From: Gemmatimonas sp.
Lineage (GTDB): Bacteria > Gemmatimonadota > Gemmatimonadetes > Gemmatimonadales > Gemmatimonadaceae
Reading direction: 5' to 3'
Assembly (NCBI GenBank): GCA_965279375.1
Contig: OZ257156.1
Location: 352,001-416,000, forward strand
DNA: 64,000 bases
Notes under the pieces: generated by a model
Databases searched by the model: none
Seen by the model: the letters and a program-made list of their open reading frames with translations, nothing else
Told to the model about the DNA's origin: nothing
In this document: positions 27,403-37,198 of the stretch, one piece after another
Numbering within the stretch: position 1 is the first letter of the stretch
How the letters are laid out: each line of letters opens with the position of its first letter
Made by a program: the position numbers and the translations under genes

Positions 27403-28812
27403 TTACGGCGTGAAGTCCGTGCAGACCGCAGCGCCGTTCGACGACGGCTGCAGCGGGTTGAACGTTTCGGCGGTCGGCGTGCGGAAGACCACATCCGTGC
27501 CGTAGCCAGGCGCTCGGTTGATCTGCCACGTGCCATTCGGGAAGACCTGATTCGCCGTCATGCCGTACTGCCGCATCATGCGGCGCATGTCGGGATAGCG
27601 GTGACCCGTGCCGAACAGCCAGAACGCCTTCTCGCGGAAGATCAGGTCACGCTGTGCAGCCGCCGTGCCCGGATCGGTGAGCGCCGGCAGCGCAGCGATC
27701 GTGCGGCCGTAGCCCGGCGGCGCGGCACGCAACGCATTCAAGATCGCCAACGCACCCGCGAAGTTGCCGGTACGATTCAGCGCCTCGGCCTCGTACAGAC
27801 GCGCCTGCAACCCGCTCATCAGCGCGACAGATGACGCGTCTGTGGGCCACACCAACTGATAGAGCATGTTGGGTACGGCGGTGTTGCCGCTGTCGAACGG
27901 ACGCGACGTCGTGAAGCCGGCCGCCGTGCACGCAGCCTGCCCAACCGAGCAGGTGGGAACGCGAGGATCGCTCGCCGTGCCAAAGTTGAGGCCGAGCGGC
28001 CCCTCGTTGTTGGACACGATGTAGCGACGCTGGTTGTTCAACAGCGCCCACACGCCCGGCGTACGCGACGTTTGCGCATGCTCCTGATTCCAGCTGTACG
28101 ACGTAGGAACGGACGCGACGGTCGCCTGGACCGCCGCAAAGTTCCCCTGGTTGAGCAGGATGCGCGCACGCAGTACCTGCAACGCACTGCGCACCCGCGT
28201 CTCGTTCGAACCCGTCGTGCTGCCAAGGCGCGTGATACCTGAGTCCACCTTCGCCAACGCCAGCGTGAAGATCTGCGTGTTGGGGATCGGCGCGCCGTAC
28301 TCTTCCACGCCGTCCTTGATGTAGCTGATCGGCTGACCGTTGCAGAAATACTCGGCGAGCAGATTCAGCATGTACGCTTCGACGAAGTACATCTCGCTGT
28401 AGTTCCACGCCGGTGCGAGCGGCGCGTACTTGGCGAGTGCCTCACGCGTCTGGATCGCGCCGATGCGCGGCAGATGCAATCCGCGGTACGCCGTCGTGAT
28501 GTTCGCGTTTTCCGGCGTCAGCGCGCGCTGGTCGGTCTCCACGCGCTGCGTGAAGGTATCGCCAGTGTTGAACTCGTCGCCGAAAAGGCCGCCGTAGAGA
28601 AACATCGTCTCGCCACCGGTCGTGTTCGCGTTGAATCGACCGAGGGTTCCGACACGCAGCGCGTTCGCCGCAGTCGGGTTGTTGACGGCTTCGACACCGA
28701 TGATGTCCGGGTCGGTCGCGGAAACCAGCGACTCCAGACTGCACGCCGTGGCGAACAATCCGGTGAGGGCGATGGCCGCAGTATGCGACCAGTGTGTGTT
28801 CAGCTTAGACAT
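27403..28812 (-). CDS. susD: SusD/RagB family surface lipoprotein (pair 2)
   Basis: Lipobox ATAC; GLFGDE, LAEYFCNGQP, ARILLN, REKAFWLFGTGHRYPDMRR; directly downstream of SusC. Confidence 0.85.
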   Translation of the reverse strand: MSKLNTHWSHTAAIALTGLFATACSLESLVSATDPDIIGVEAVNNPTAANALRVGTLGRFNANTTGGETMFLYGGLFGDEFNTGDTFTQRVETDQRALTPENANITTAYRGLHLPRIGAIQTREALAKYAPLAPAWNYSEMYFVEAYMLNLLAEYFCNGQPISYIKDGVEEYGAPIPNTQIFTLALAKVDSGITRLGSTTGSNETRVRSALQVLRARILLNQGNFAAVQATVASVPTSYSWNQEHAQTSRTPGVWALLNNQRRYIVSNNEGPLGLNFGTASDPRVPTCSVGQAACTAAGFTTSRPFDSGNTAVPNMLYQLVWPTDASSVALMSGLQARLYEAEALNRTGNFAGALAILNALRAAPPGYGRTIAALPALTDPGTAAAQRDLIFREKAFWLFGTGHRYPDMRRMMRQYGMTANQVFPNGTWQINRAPGYGTDVVFRTPTAETFNPLQPSSNGAAVCTDFTP

Positions 28813-28823
28813 ATATGCGATTC

Positions 28824-31800
28824 TCAGAAGCCGAAGTTGAAGCGCAGCGTCCACGTCTGGAGCGGCGGCGTGATCTGGAATTCGTCCTGCACGTTGCCAA
28901 CACTCGCCGTCGTCTCCGGATCGACACCGGTGTAGTCGCTCCACAGCTTCAGGTTGCGACCGGAGAGCGTGATCGTGCCGCTGCGGGTCTTGGGCAGACG
29001 AGACACCCAGTTCGACGGAATACGCCAGGTCGCGGCGACTTCACGCAGGCGCCAGTAGTTCGTCTTCTCGAAGTAGCCGAAGTTCGTGGACTGCACGCCC
29101 GGCTTCTGGAACGCCGCGCAGCGCGCCTGGCGATCGAGCGGCGACGACGGATCGATACGTTCGGCGGCGTTCAAGCGCGTCGCGCAACGGAAGCGTTCCG
29201 TGGTGTTGTTGACGAGGCCACCAAGCTTGCCATCGATCAGGAACGTCAGACGCAGCTGACCCTTGTCGAGCAGATCGAAACCGTTCTGCACCGAGAGTTC
29301 CGCGCGCGGCACGCTGTAGCCCAGGAAGCGCTGCAGCGAGTCGACCGTCACTTCGGAGATCTCGATCATACCGTTGCCGTTCGCGTCAGCGTACGTGTAC
29401 GGACGATCCCAGATGGAGTTGATCGGATAACCGACTGCATTGCGCTGCGTGCCCGTGCCAGCCGGGAGGCCGCCGAGGTTGAGCACCTCGTTGGAGTTGT
29501 ACGACCCGTTGAGCGTGACGTCCCAGCCGAACTTGTTGAACTGCGCCGGACGCGCACTCACGATGTACTCCCATCCCCAGTTGCGGATGGCGCCGATATT
29601 CGCCGCACGCGTCGTCGTGCCTGTGCCGATCGACGGCGCCAGCGTCTGGTTCACGATCGCATCGCTCGACTTCTTGGTGTAGTACGTGAGCGACGTCGTA
29701 ACGCGGTCGTTGAAGAGTCCGAGATCGAAGCCACCTTCGAGCTCCGTGACCGTCTCGGGACGAAGGTTCGCATTGCCGAGCGTCTGGTAGATGAGGCCTG
29801 GCAGTTCCGCGGAGTTATCGCGATAGACGTTGGACGCGAAGAACTGCAGCGCGGCGGTGGTACCCGGGCGAATGCCGGCCTGGCCCCACGACGTACGCAG
29901 ACGGAACAGATTGATCTGATCGCGCATCGGGAACCACGCTTCTTCCGACATGCGATACGACGCGCCGGCGCGCGGATAGTACGCCACGCCGAAGTTCTTG
30001 CCGAAGGCGCTGTTCTGGTCGCCACGCACCGACGCGACAAGATCGAAACGGCTCGCCAATTCGACGTTCTGCTCGATGAACACGCCAGCGGTCTTGGAGA
30101 CCGTGGTCGCCTCACTCACCGACGGAACCGCGCCCTGGCCGAGCGTTCCGCCACCCGGCGGCAGCTGGCTCCCCGTGGCGTTGTATGCATCGTCGAAGCG
30201 GTGCACGAACTGGAAACCACCTGTCGTACGGCTCGACACCCAGCTGGTCGGATTGAAGCTCGCACTCGCCGACCAATCGGCCGTCCACTGGAACGAGCGA
30301 CTGCGTGAGGTGCTCTTGAAGCCAAGACGGTTCTGCCCAAAGTTCGGGCACTCATCGCGCAAGCAGATGTTGTCGTACGACTCGATCGCGTAGTCGAGAC
30401 CGGCGTTGCCGCGCATGCCAAGCCACGTCGTCGGCGACCACGTCGGCGAGACCGAGCCGATCCAGCGCTGCAGATCGATGTTGTTGTACTGCTGGAAGAT
30501 GTCGCCCGGCGTGAACTGGCGATAACCGTAGAGCGAGTCGGTGCCGCCGGCCGTCAGCGTGCGATACGGCGTACCCGGTCCGCCATAGGCGTGTGAGCCA
30601 AGACCATTGGTGTTGTTGCCGTCCTGTGGCGCGCGCTGCTGGCTGCTCAGGAAGTAGCTGCGGATTGGGATCTGCAGCTTCGGGTTAACCTTGAGATCGA
30701 GATTGGAGCGCAGGCTGAAACGCTGGAACGTGTTGGGGTCCACCCACGCGTCCTTGAGCGCGATACCCTGACGCGCAAAGCGATCCTTGTCGAACTGCGG
30801 CATGCCGAGCGTGCCCGTCGCCGACTCCTGCTCGATGGAGACGAAATAGTTCGCCGCATCGGTGCCGCCAGCGAGGCTCAGGCCGTACTGCTTGCGATCG
30901 CCCTGCTTGAGCGGCGTCGCGCGCGGATCCTTCCAGAGATTGAACGTGGTGATGGAGTCCACCACGCACGTGCCAGCAGCGATCGTGTTGATCTGGCAGT
31001 CGGCAGCGCGCCCGTTGTTCGCGGCGTTGGTCTGATTGGCCAGCTTGCCCCATGCCGTGTATGCGACGGGATACTTGTTGCGGTCCTGCGTGAGCCCCTG
31101 CTCGGTGTACGCTGTCCAACGTGCAGCGCCCGGGCGACCGCGCTTGGTCGTGATCACGATGACGCCCGTCGCCGCGTCGGTGCCGTACGTGGCCGATGCT
31201 GCCGGCCCACGAATGACATCGAGCGTCTCGATGTCTTCCGGATTGATGTCGTTCAGGCGGCTCGCCGGCGCACCGCCGGTGCCGAGTCCAGACGACGAGC
31301 TGTTGATGCGGATGCCGTCAACGAAGATGATCGGGTCGTTGCTGAGCGAGATGGACGACGTGCCGCGGATACGAATGCGCGCGGCGGCGTTCACACCCGA
31401 GCCCTGCAGGATCTGCACACCCGCCGCCTTGGCGACGAGCAAATCGCTGACGTTCGACACCTGCGAGTTCTCGATCTGCTTGACGGCATCGACCTGCGCG
31501 ATCTGGTTGGGCACCGCGAGGCGGCGCTGATCGCCCGTGGCCGTCGTGACGATCGCCGTCAGATTGACTGCGACCTTCGTCAGCGAGAGATCCAGCGTGT
31601 TCGTGGCCGTGCCCTGCACGGTGAACTGCTTGGTGACTTCCGCGTAGCCCAACCGCACCGCGCGGATGGTGACGACGCCAACGGGCACGCCGCGAATGAT
31701 GTAGCGTCCTTCTTCGTTCGTGAGCGCGCCGATCGTCGTGCCGGCGACCGTGACTTGCGCGTTTGCGATGGGCGGACCAGCGGGCGCTTCGAGCACGCGG

Positions 31801-31910
31801 CCCGAGAGCACGCCTGTTCTGGGCTGCGCGAACAGCGCAGTGACCGGCAGTGCAAGCGCGAGACATGCAGTGGTCACTGCACGCATCGCACGCGTAGTAA
31901 AGGTGAGCAT
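28824..31910 (-). CDS. susC: SusC/RagA family TonB-dependent transporter (pair 2)
   Basis: N-terminal carboxypeptidase-regulatory-like domain, IRIRG, DINPEDIE...GPAASATYG..AATGVIVITTKRG, C-terminal Phe. Confidence 0.92.
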   Translation of the reverse strand: MLTFTTRAMRAVTTACLALALPVTALFAQPRTGVLSGRVLEAPAGPPIANAQVTVAGTTIGALTNEEGRYIIRGVPVGVVTIRAVRLGYAEVTKQFTVQGTATNTLDLSLTKVAVNLTAIVTTATGDQRRLAVPNQIAQVDAVKQIENSQVSNVSDLLVAKAAGVQILQGSGVNAAARIRIRGTSSISLSNDPIIFVDGIRINSSSSGLGTGGAPASRLNDINPEDIETLDVIRGPAASATYGTDAATGVIVITTKRGRPGAARWTAYTEQGLTQDRNKYPVAYTAWGKLANQTNAANNGRAADCQINTIAAGTCVVDSITTFNLWKDPRATPLKQGDRKQYGLSLAGGTDAANYFVSIEQESATGTLGMPQFDKDRFARQGIALKDAWVDPNTFQRFSLRSNLDLKVNPKLQIPIRSYFLSSQQRAPQDGNNTNGLGSHAYGGPGTPYRTLTAGGTDSLYGYRQFTPGDIFQQYNNIDLQRWIGSVSPTWSPTTWLGMRGNAGLDYAIESYDNICLRDECPNFGQNRLGFKSTSRSRSFQWTADWSASASFNPTSWVSSRTTGGFQFVHRFDDAYNATGSQLPPGGGTLGQGAVPSVSEATTVSKTAGVFIEQNVELASRFDLVASVRGDQNSAFGKNFGVAYYPRAGASYRMSEEAWFPMRDQINLFRLRTSWGQAGIRPGTTAALQFFASNVYRDNSAELPGLIYQTLGNANLRPETVTELEGGFDLGLFNDRVTTSLTYYTKKSSDAIVNQTLAPSIGTGTTTRAANIGAIRNWGWEYIVSARPAQFNKFGWDVTLNGSYNSNEVLNLGGLPAGTGTQRNAVGYPINSIWDRPYTYADANGNGMIEISEVTVDSLQRFLGYSVPRAELSVQNGFDLLDKGQLRLTFLIDGKLGGLVNNTTERFRCATRLNAAERIDPSSPLDRQARCAAFQKPGVQSTNFGYFEKTNYWRLREVAATWRIPSNWVSRLPKTRSGTITLSGRNLKLWSDYTGVDPETTASVGNVQDEFQITPPLQTWTLRFNFGF

Positions 31911-32253
31911 TCGTGCGACCTCGGTGGCTCGAACGAGCCAGCGGTAGGAGGGGAGCAAGGGCTTGGGCGCGTGCAGTACGTCCCTGGCGATTCCTGCGGA
32001 GCGAGGTCAGTCAAGCGGAATGATTTCTCGATGTCAACATCCCATCTCGATGCAGTTTTGCCTGTGAAGCAACGCAAGGTTAACCACGTTTCAGATCAAG
32101 CCGACGCTCCATACCGACGATCTCAGGGACACGTTGTCGGCCACGAACTGCTTGTCCCGCTGACGCGCGTATTGTCCACCGATAGCGCCGTGTCGTGCAC
32201 CATTCTCGCACTCGCGATCGGCCGCTGATCCCACACTGATCGGTGATATCCCG

Positions 32254-32296
32254 AAAACACCGAGGCCCCGAACGCAGATTCGCGTCCGGGGCCTCG
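32254..32296 (-). terminator. Intrinsic terminator after SusD of pair 1
   Basis: Stem cgaggccccg / cggggcctcg extended by 5 bp (one G-U on the minus strand), followed by GTGTTTT on the minus strand. Confidence 0.78.
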
Positions 32297-32327
32297 ATTT
32301 CATCGTCCATCAATCACGTCATGCCAA

Positions 32328-33722
32328 TCACGGCGCGCGATCGGTGCAGCCCTTGAAGTTCGGGTTGTTCCGCTCGTCGAACGAGACCGGCAGGTTCACG
32401 TCCTTGCCGTAGTTGCCACCCTTGTAGTGCACGCCCTGCGGGAAGGTGTTGGCTTCCGTGCGGCCGTACTGCTTGATGAGACGGCGCATGTCGCCCAACC
32501 GCTGGCCGCGGCTGAAGGTCCAGAACGCCTTCTCACGGAAGTGCAGCGAGACGCGCGCGTCCGTGGTGCCCGGATCGGTCAGCGCCGGAAGCGCCGCCGA
32601 CTGAACGTCGCCCATCTTGGGCGGCGCCGCACGGAGTGCATTGTGAATCGCCAGCCACGACGTGACGTTGCCGGCCTTGAGGGCCGCTTCGGCTTCGATC
32701 ATGCGCGCATCGATGCCGTTGGCAACGTCAACCGCGGTGACCTGGCCCCACATCGTCGTGGTGCGCGTGTACGTCAGGCCGTCCTGACCGTTGATGGCGC
32801 CCGTGGTCGGAATCGTGACCGGGAGACGCGGATCGCGGGCTGACGAGAACGGAATGGCGTTGGCCACGCGGATGTCGCGACGGTTCCCTTCGATGCTGTC
32901 ACCCACACTGTAGCGGCGGGAGCTGAGCCCCTGTCCCCACAGCGTGTTGGTGCCGGTGGCGAGCGACGACGTGTGCTGGTACGCGAACGTCGACGGGACG
33001 CCGGCCACAAAGCCCGCCGCCGCCGGATAGTCGTTCAACGCCAGCGCCACGCGACCGCGAGCCACACGCGACGCACGGTTGATGAGCACGCTCTGCGCAT
33101 CGGCGCCGTTGGAGAACGCGATCGCCGAGTCGAGCGAGGCCGCCGCGTAGCCGAACACTGCGGCGGTGGACTGCGGTGAGGCATCCGTCGGCGACGCCGA
33201 ATAGACGTTGCTGATCGGAATGCCGTTGCAGAAATCCGATGCCAGCTGCATCTCCGCAAAACCGCGCGCCAGATACATCTCGGCGATCAGCGAGCGGAGG
33301 TCCGGACGCACCTTCTGCAGCAGCGTGATCGACTCGCTGGCCCGCGTACGCGTGCGATACAGGTTGCGCAGCTGGCCGGTGATCGACGAGTTGTTTTCCT
33401 GAATGAAGCGCTGGTCCGTCTCGTCGTTCTGGATGAACGTCGAGCTGGTGCTCCATTCGTCGGCCAGCAAGCCGCCGAACATCCACGTGCTCTCACCGCC
33501 GCCCGTGATGCTGCGGAAGGTACCGATGGCACCGTTGGCGAGCGCGACGGCCGCTTCCGCGGAGACGACGTCGGACGGGTTGATGATGTCAGGATCGGTC
33601 ACCTGCAGGAGCCGGTCATTGGCCCCCTGACAGGCGACGGCGGAGAGCGTGAGCGAGAGGGCGAGCGTGCCGCCGATGCGGCGCGTCGAGAAGAGCCGGC
33701 CCGTGTTGTTGTATGAAGTCAT
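32328..33722 (-). CDS. susD: SusD/RagB family surface lipoprotein (pair 1)
   Basis: Lipobox AVAC; GLLADE, FCNGIP, REKAFWTFSRGQRLGDMRRL. Confidence 0.86.
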   Translation of the reverse strand: MTSYNNTGRLFSTRRIGGTLALSLTLSAVACQGANDRLLQVTDPDIINPSDVVSAEAAVALANGAIGTFRSITGGGESTWMFGGLLADEWSTSSTFIQNDETDQRFIQENNSSITGQLRNLYRTRTRASESITLLQKVRPDLRSLIAEMYLARGFAEMQLASDFCNGIPISNVYSASPTDASPQSTAAVFGYAAASLDSAIAFSNGADAQSVLINRASRVARGRVALALNDYPAAAGFVAGVPSTFAYQHTSSLATGTNTLWGQGLSSRRYSVGDSIEGNRRDIRVANAIPFSSARDPRLPVTIPTTGAINGQDGLTYTRTTTMWGQVTAVDVANGIDARMIEAEAALKAGNVTSWLAIHNALRAAPPKMGDVQSAALPALTDPGTTDARVSLHFREKAFWTFSRGQRLGDMRRLIKQYGRTEANTFPQGVHYKGGNYGKDVNLPVSFDERNNPNFKGCTDRAP

Positions 33723-33735
33723 GGGTCAGTTCTCC

Positions 33736-36700
33736 TTAGTAGCCGATGTTGAAGCGGGCGATGAAGTAGCTCGGCGGTCCGATCGTCTGGAATTCCTGCG
33801 GCGCGTCGCCGCCGCCCGTCGTGTTGAAGCCCGATTCCGGATCGGTGCCACGGTAGTTCGTCCAGAGCTTGAGATTGCGGCCCGAGAGCACCACCGAGAG
33901 CGAGCGCGCCCGCGCCAACTTGCGCGCCAGCGTGTTGGAGAACGTGTACTGCACCGACGCTTCACGCAGACGGACGAACGCGCCCGGCTGGAAGAAGCCG
34001 TCAAGCGTACGAGCCGGGTGTTCGTTGGCGGCGATGTTGGTCGCCTGATCGATCAGCTCCGCCTTGAGGTCCATGCGGCCGGCGCAGTTCGGGCGCGTGC
34101 AGCGGATGCGCTCCGTGTTGTTGTACCACTTGTTGCCACCACGGTAGTCGAACATGGTGTTGATACGGAGCTTGCGATTGAACAGCTCGAATCCGTTGGT
34201 GAACGTCGCCTGGTACGGCGGCGTCGCATAGCCACGGAAGATCGCGGAGTCGCCCACGACCACTTCGTTCTTCGCCGGATCGGCCCAGTAGGTCAGCAAG
34301 CCGTCACCATTCTTGTCCTGATAGCTCTTGATCGGCGGCGCCCAGAGGCCGGCGATCGGGTAGCCAGCGACCGTGCGCGACGTCGTGCCGATCTGCGGCG
34401 GCGTGTCACCGAGCGAGACGACCTTGTTCGCGTTGATCGAACCGGCGATGGTGGCATCCCAGCCGAACTTCTCACCCTGCGCGAGCTGCGCGGTCAGGGC
34501 CAGTTCCATACCGGCGTTCTTCACGGCACCCAGGTTGCGCAGCTGCGACGCGACCGCGCCATACGACGGCGGGAGCACGGCGCTGATCAGCGCGTCCTGC
34601 GTGATTTTGCTGTAGTACGTCGCGTCGAGGTTGAGGCGGGAGTTGAACATCCCGATTTCGAAGCCCGTCTCCTGCTCAGCCGAGCGTTCCGGCTTGAGGT
34701 TCGCGTTACCGAGCGCCGCCTGCGTCACCGTCGGCTGGTCGACATTCGCAATGCTCGTGGTGCCCGCGTTGTAGAACTGCAACGCGTCGTTGGGGCCCGG
34801 CTGCACGCCGGACTGACCATAGGCATAGCGCAAGCGCACCGAGTTCACGAACGACGGTGCCTTCCACCAATCCTCCTGCGAAATCAGATACGACGCGGAG
34901 GCCTTCGGATAAATGATGCTCTGGAAGTTCGTGCCGAACGCCGAATTCTGGTCGGAGCGGATGGCGGCCGTCAGGAACAACCGATCGCGCACGGCAATGG
35001 CCTGCTCGATGAACACGCCGAACGTCTTCTGGACCGTGGTGCCTTCGGAGACCGAGAGCGCCGTGCCCGAGCCAACGTTCTGCGAGCCAGGCGCCAGCTG
35101 CGTGGAGCCCGTCGCCGCACCCTGCGAGCGGAAGCCCACGTACTGCGCACCGACGGTGGTCTTCATGCTGAACGCGCTCAACAGGTTGTATTGCGCCGTG
35201 GAGCCGACATCAACGGACAGGTTGTTGATGTTCACGCTGTTCAGGCCGCGCGAGCCAAGCCGCGTGGTGGCCGTGAGCGGCGGGCCTTCGCCACGATAGA
35301 GCAGGTTTTCGTCGAGACGACCGGTCCAGTCGTTACCGACCGTGACGCGATTGCTCAGCCACGTGAACGGACGCCAGTTGGCGTTCGTGGACCAGATGAA
35401 GCGATTGACCGACTGGCCCGTCTTTTCCGACCACGTGTAGTACGGCGTCCACGCGCGGTAGCCCATGAGCGGCGTACCCACACCGGAGATGGTGCCGTTG
35501 TCCGTCGTGCCCGGGCCGCCGAACACCTGCGAACCGACACCGGCCGTGGCGTTGGACTCGAGCGAATAGCGCTGCGCGATGTTGATGAAGTTCGTCGTCA
35601 GTGCAACGTCGAGCTTGGGATTGAGCGCCGCGTTGAGGTTCATGCGCAACGTCTTGCGATCGAGCGCATTGGGACGGCTCGTCCACGGACGCAGCGGCAG
35701 GCCGAGCGAATCGACGCGACGACGTTCGAACTGCGGCAGCGAGAGCGCACCGACTTCGATTTCGTCTTCCACGCCCATGAAGTAGCGCAGCGCCTCGGTG
35801 CCGCCGGAGACCTGCACGCCATACTTCTGGCGGTTGCCCGTTCCGATGGGCGTCAGGTCGGGGCGGGAGAAGATGTCGAGCGAGCTGGTCGAGTCGGCGA
35901 GGCATTCGCCCGTGCCCACGCGCTGCAGGTTGCAGAAGCCGCGCGTCGAGACGGTTTCACCCGGGCGCTTGCCCCACGTGGTGAACGCCGCCGGATAGTA
36001 GTTGCGGTCGGAGATGCTGCCACCCTCGCCGGTGATCGACCAGCGCGCGGCGCCGGCGCGTCCCTTCTTGGTCGTCACGAGAATCACGCCGTTGGCGGCG
36101 TCGGTGCCGTACAGCGTGGCCGCCGACGGCCCCTTCACGACTTCGATGTTCTCGATTTCGTCGGGATTGATGTCGCCGGTACGGCTGGCGTTGTTGCCGC
36201 CGGTGCCACCGCCGTTACCCGTCGCCGTGCCGAAGTTGGCATTGTTGCTGGTCATACGAATGCCGTCGATGATCCAGATCGGCTCGTTCGACAAGCTGAC
36301 CGAGTTCATGCCGCGCACGCGAATGCGCGAGCCGGTTCCGGTCTGCGTACCGGTCGTCACGGTGACGCCCGGCGCGCGCGAGTTGAGGAGATCGCTGATG
36401 CTGCCCACCGGCGCGGTCTCGAGCACCTTCGCCGCGTCAATATTCGCCGTGGCGTTGCCGATTTCCACGCGGCGCTGTTCGCCCGTCGCGGTCGTCACGA
36501 CCGGCTGCAGGTTCACGGCCGCCGTGGCGATCGCGAACTCCAGCGTCGCCGTCTGCCCCGACACGATCGTGACGCGCTTGGTGGACTCGGCGTACCCGAC
36601 GCGCAGAACGCGCACGGTGTAGTCACCGGGCGTCACCAGACGCAGCGTCAGTTTGCCGTCAGGCGACGTCGGACCGCCGATCGACGTGCCCACCAGGAAG

Positions 36701-36861
36701 ACGCGCGCGGCTTCGACCGGGCGTTTGCTGGCGACATCGGTGACGGTAACGGCCAGCGTGCCTCCGGCAGCCTGCTGGGCTTCTGCTTGCGGTCGCGCAA
36801 TCAATAGCGCGCCGAGCAGTGTGCCCATAAGCGCCGCACGTGGGCGCCAGAACTGGAGCAT
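33736..36861 (-). CDS. susC: SusC/RagA family TonB-dependent transporter (pair 1)
   Basis: IRVRG, DINPDEIENIEVVKGPSAATLYGTDAANGVILVTTKKG signature, C-terminal Tyr; GAGGAG RBS. Confidence 0.93.
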   Translation of the reverse strand: MLQFWRPRAALMGTLLGALLIARPQAEAQQAAGGTLAVTVTDVASKRPVEAARVFLVGTSIGGPTSPDGKLTLRLVTPGDYTVRVLRVGYAESTKRVTIVSGQTATLEFAIATAAVNLQPVVTTATGEQRRVEIGNATANIDAAKVLETAPVGSISDLLNSRAPGVTVTTGTQTGTGSRIRVRGMNSVSLSNEPIWIIDGIRMTSNNANFGTATGNGGGTGGNNASRTGDINPDEIENIEVVKGPSAATLYGTDAANGVILVTTKKGRAGAARWSITGEGGSISDRNYYPAAFTTWGKRPGETVSTRGFCNLQRVGTGECLADSTSSLDIFSRPDLTPIGTGNRQKYGVQVSGGTEALRYFMGVEDEIEVGALSLPQFERRRVDSLGLPLRPWTSRPNALDRKTLRMNLNAALNPKLDVALTTNFINIAQRYSLESNATAGVGSQVFGGPGTTDNGTISGVGTPLMGYRAWTPYYTWSEKTGQSVNRFIWSTNANWRPFTWLSNRVTVGNDWTGRLDENLLYRGEGPPLTATTRLGSRGLNSVNINNLSVDVGSTAQYNLLSAFSMKTTVGAQYVGFRSQGAATGSTQLAPGSQNVGSGTALSVSEGTTVQKTFGVFIEQAIAVRDRLFLTAAIRSDQNSAFGTNFQSIIYPKASASYLISQEDWWKAPSFVNSVRLRYAYGQSGVQPGPNDALQFYNAGTTSIANVDQPTVTQAALGNANLKPERSAEQETGFEIGMFNSRLNLDATYYSKITQDALISAVLPPSYGAVASQLRNLGAVKNAGMELALTAQLAQGEKFGWDATIAGSINANKVVSLGDTPPQIGTTSRTVAGYPIAGLWAPPIKSYQDKNGDGLLTYWADPAKNEVVVGDSAIFRGYATPPYQATFTNGFELFNRKLRINTMFDYRGGNKWYNNTERIRCTRPNCAGRMDLKAELIDQATNIAANEHPARTLDGFFQPGAFVRLREASVQYTFSNTLARKLARARSLSVVLSGRNLKLWTNYRGTDPESGFNTTGGGDAPQEFQTIGPPSYFIARFNIGY

Positions 36862-37198
36862 GAGCGGGTCTCCTCAAAAAATTGGGGTACAGGGCAGTCG
36901 AGTCGCCGACTGTCGGCCTTTTCGCCGCGCTAATATCTCAGTGCTACCGGGAAATCGCCAATACTTGCGTCCGGTTGCCGAGCTGTTGCGCGGTGTTTCC
37001 GAACTGCGACCTCGCGGGACTAACAGCATTCGGCCGGTCTTTCGTCACATCGGCGCGTCGCCGTCGTCGCGCGACATCGAACGCCGCGCCATGGCATCTC
37101 GACCGCGCAACGTTTTCACCACGGCGACTGGCCTCGACGGTCTGCGCGTGTACCCTTAGCGCACCCGCCCACCACTCCACGCCAGCGTCCGAACTCCC

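Noticed and set aside
31911..32250. Intergenic region between the SusCD pairs as an sRNA or small-ORF locus
   Set aside because: Short ORFs lack RBS and motifs; a minus-strand TTGACA has no convincing -10; no compelling structure beyond the terminator.
33649..36807. 1052-aa plus-strand ORF antisense to SusC
   Set aside because: Mirror-frame shadow expected from high-GC codon bias; Arg-rich and motif-free, while the minus strand has clear SusC signatures.
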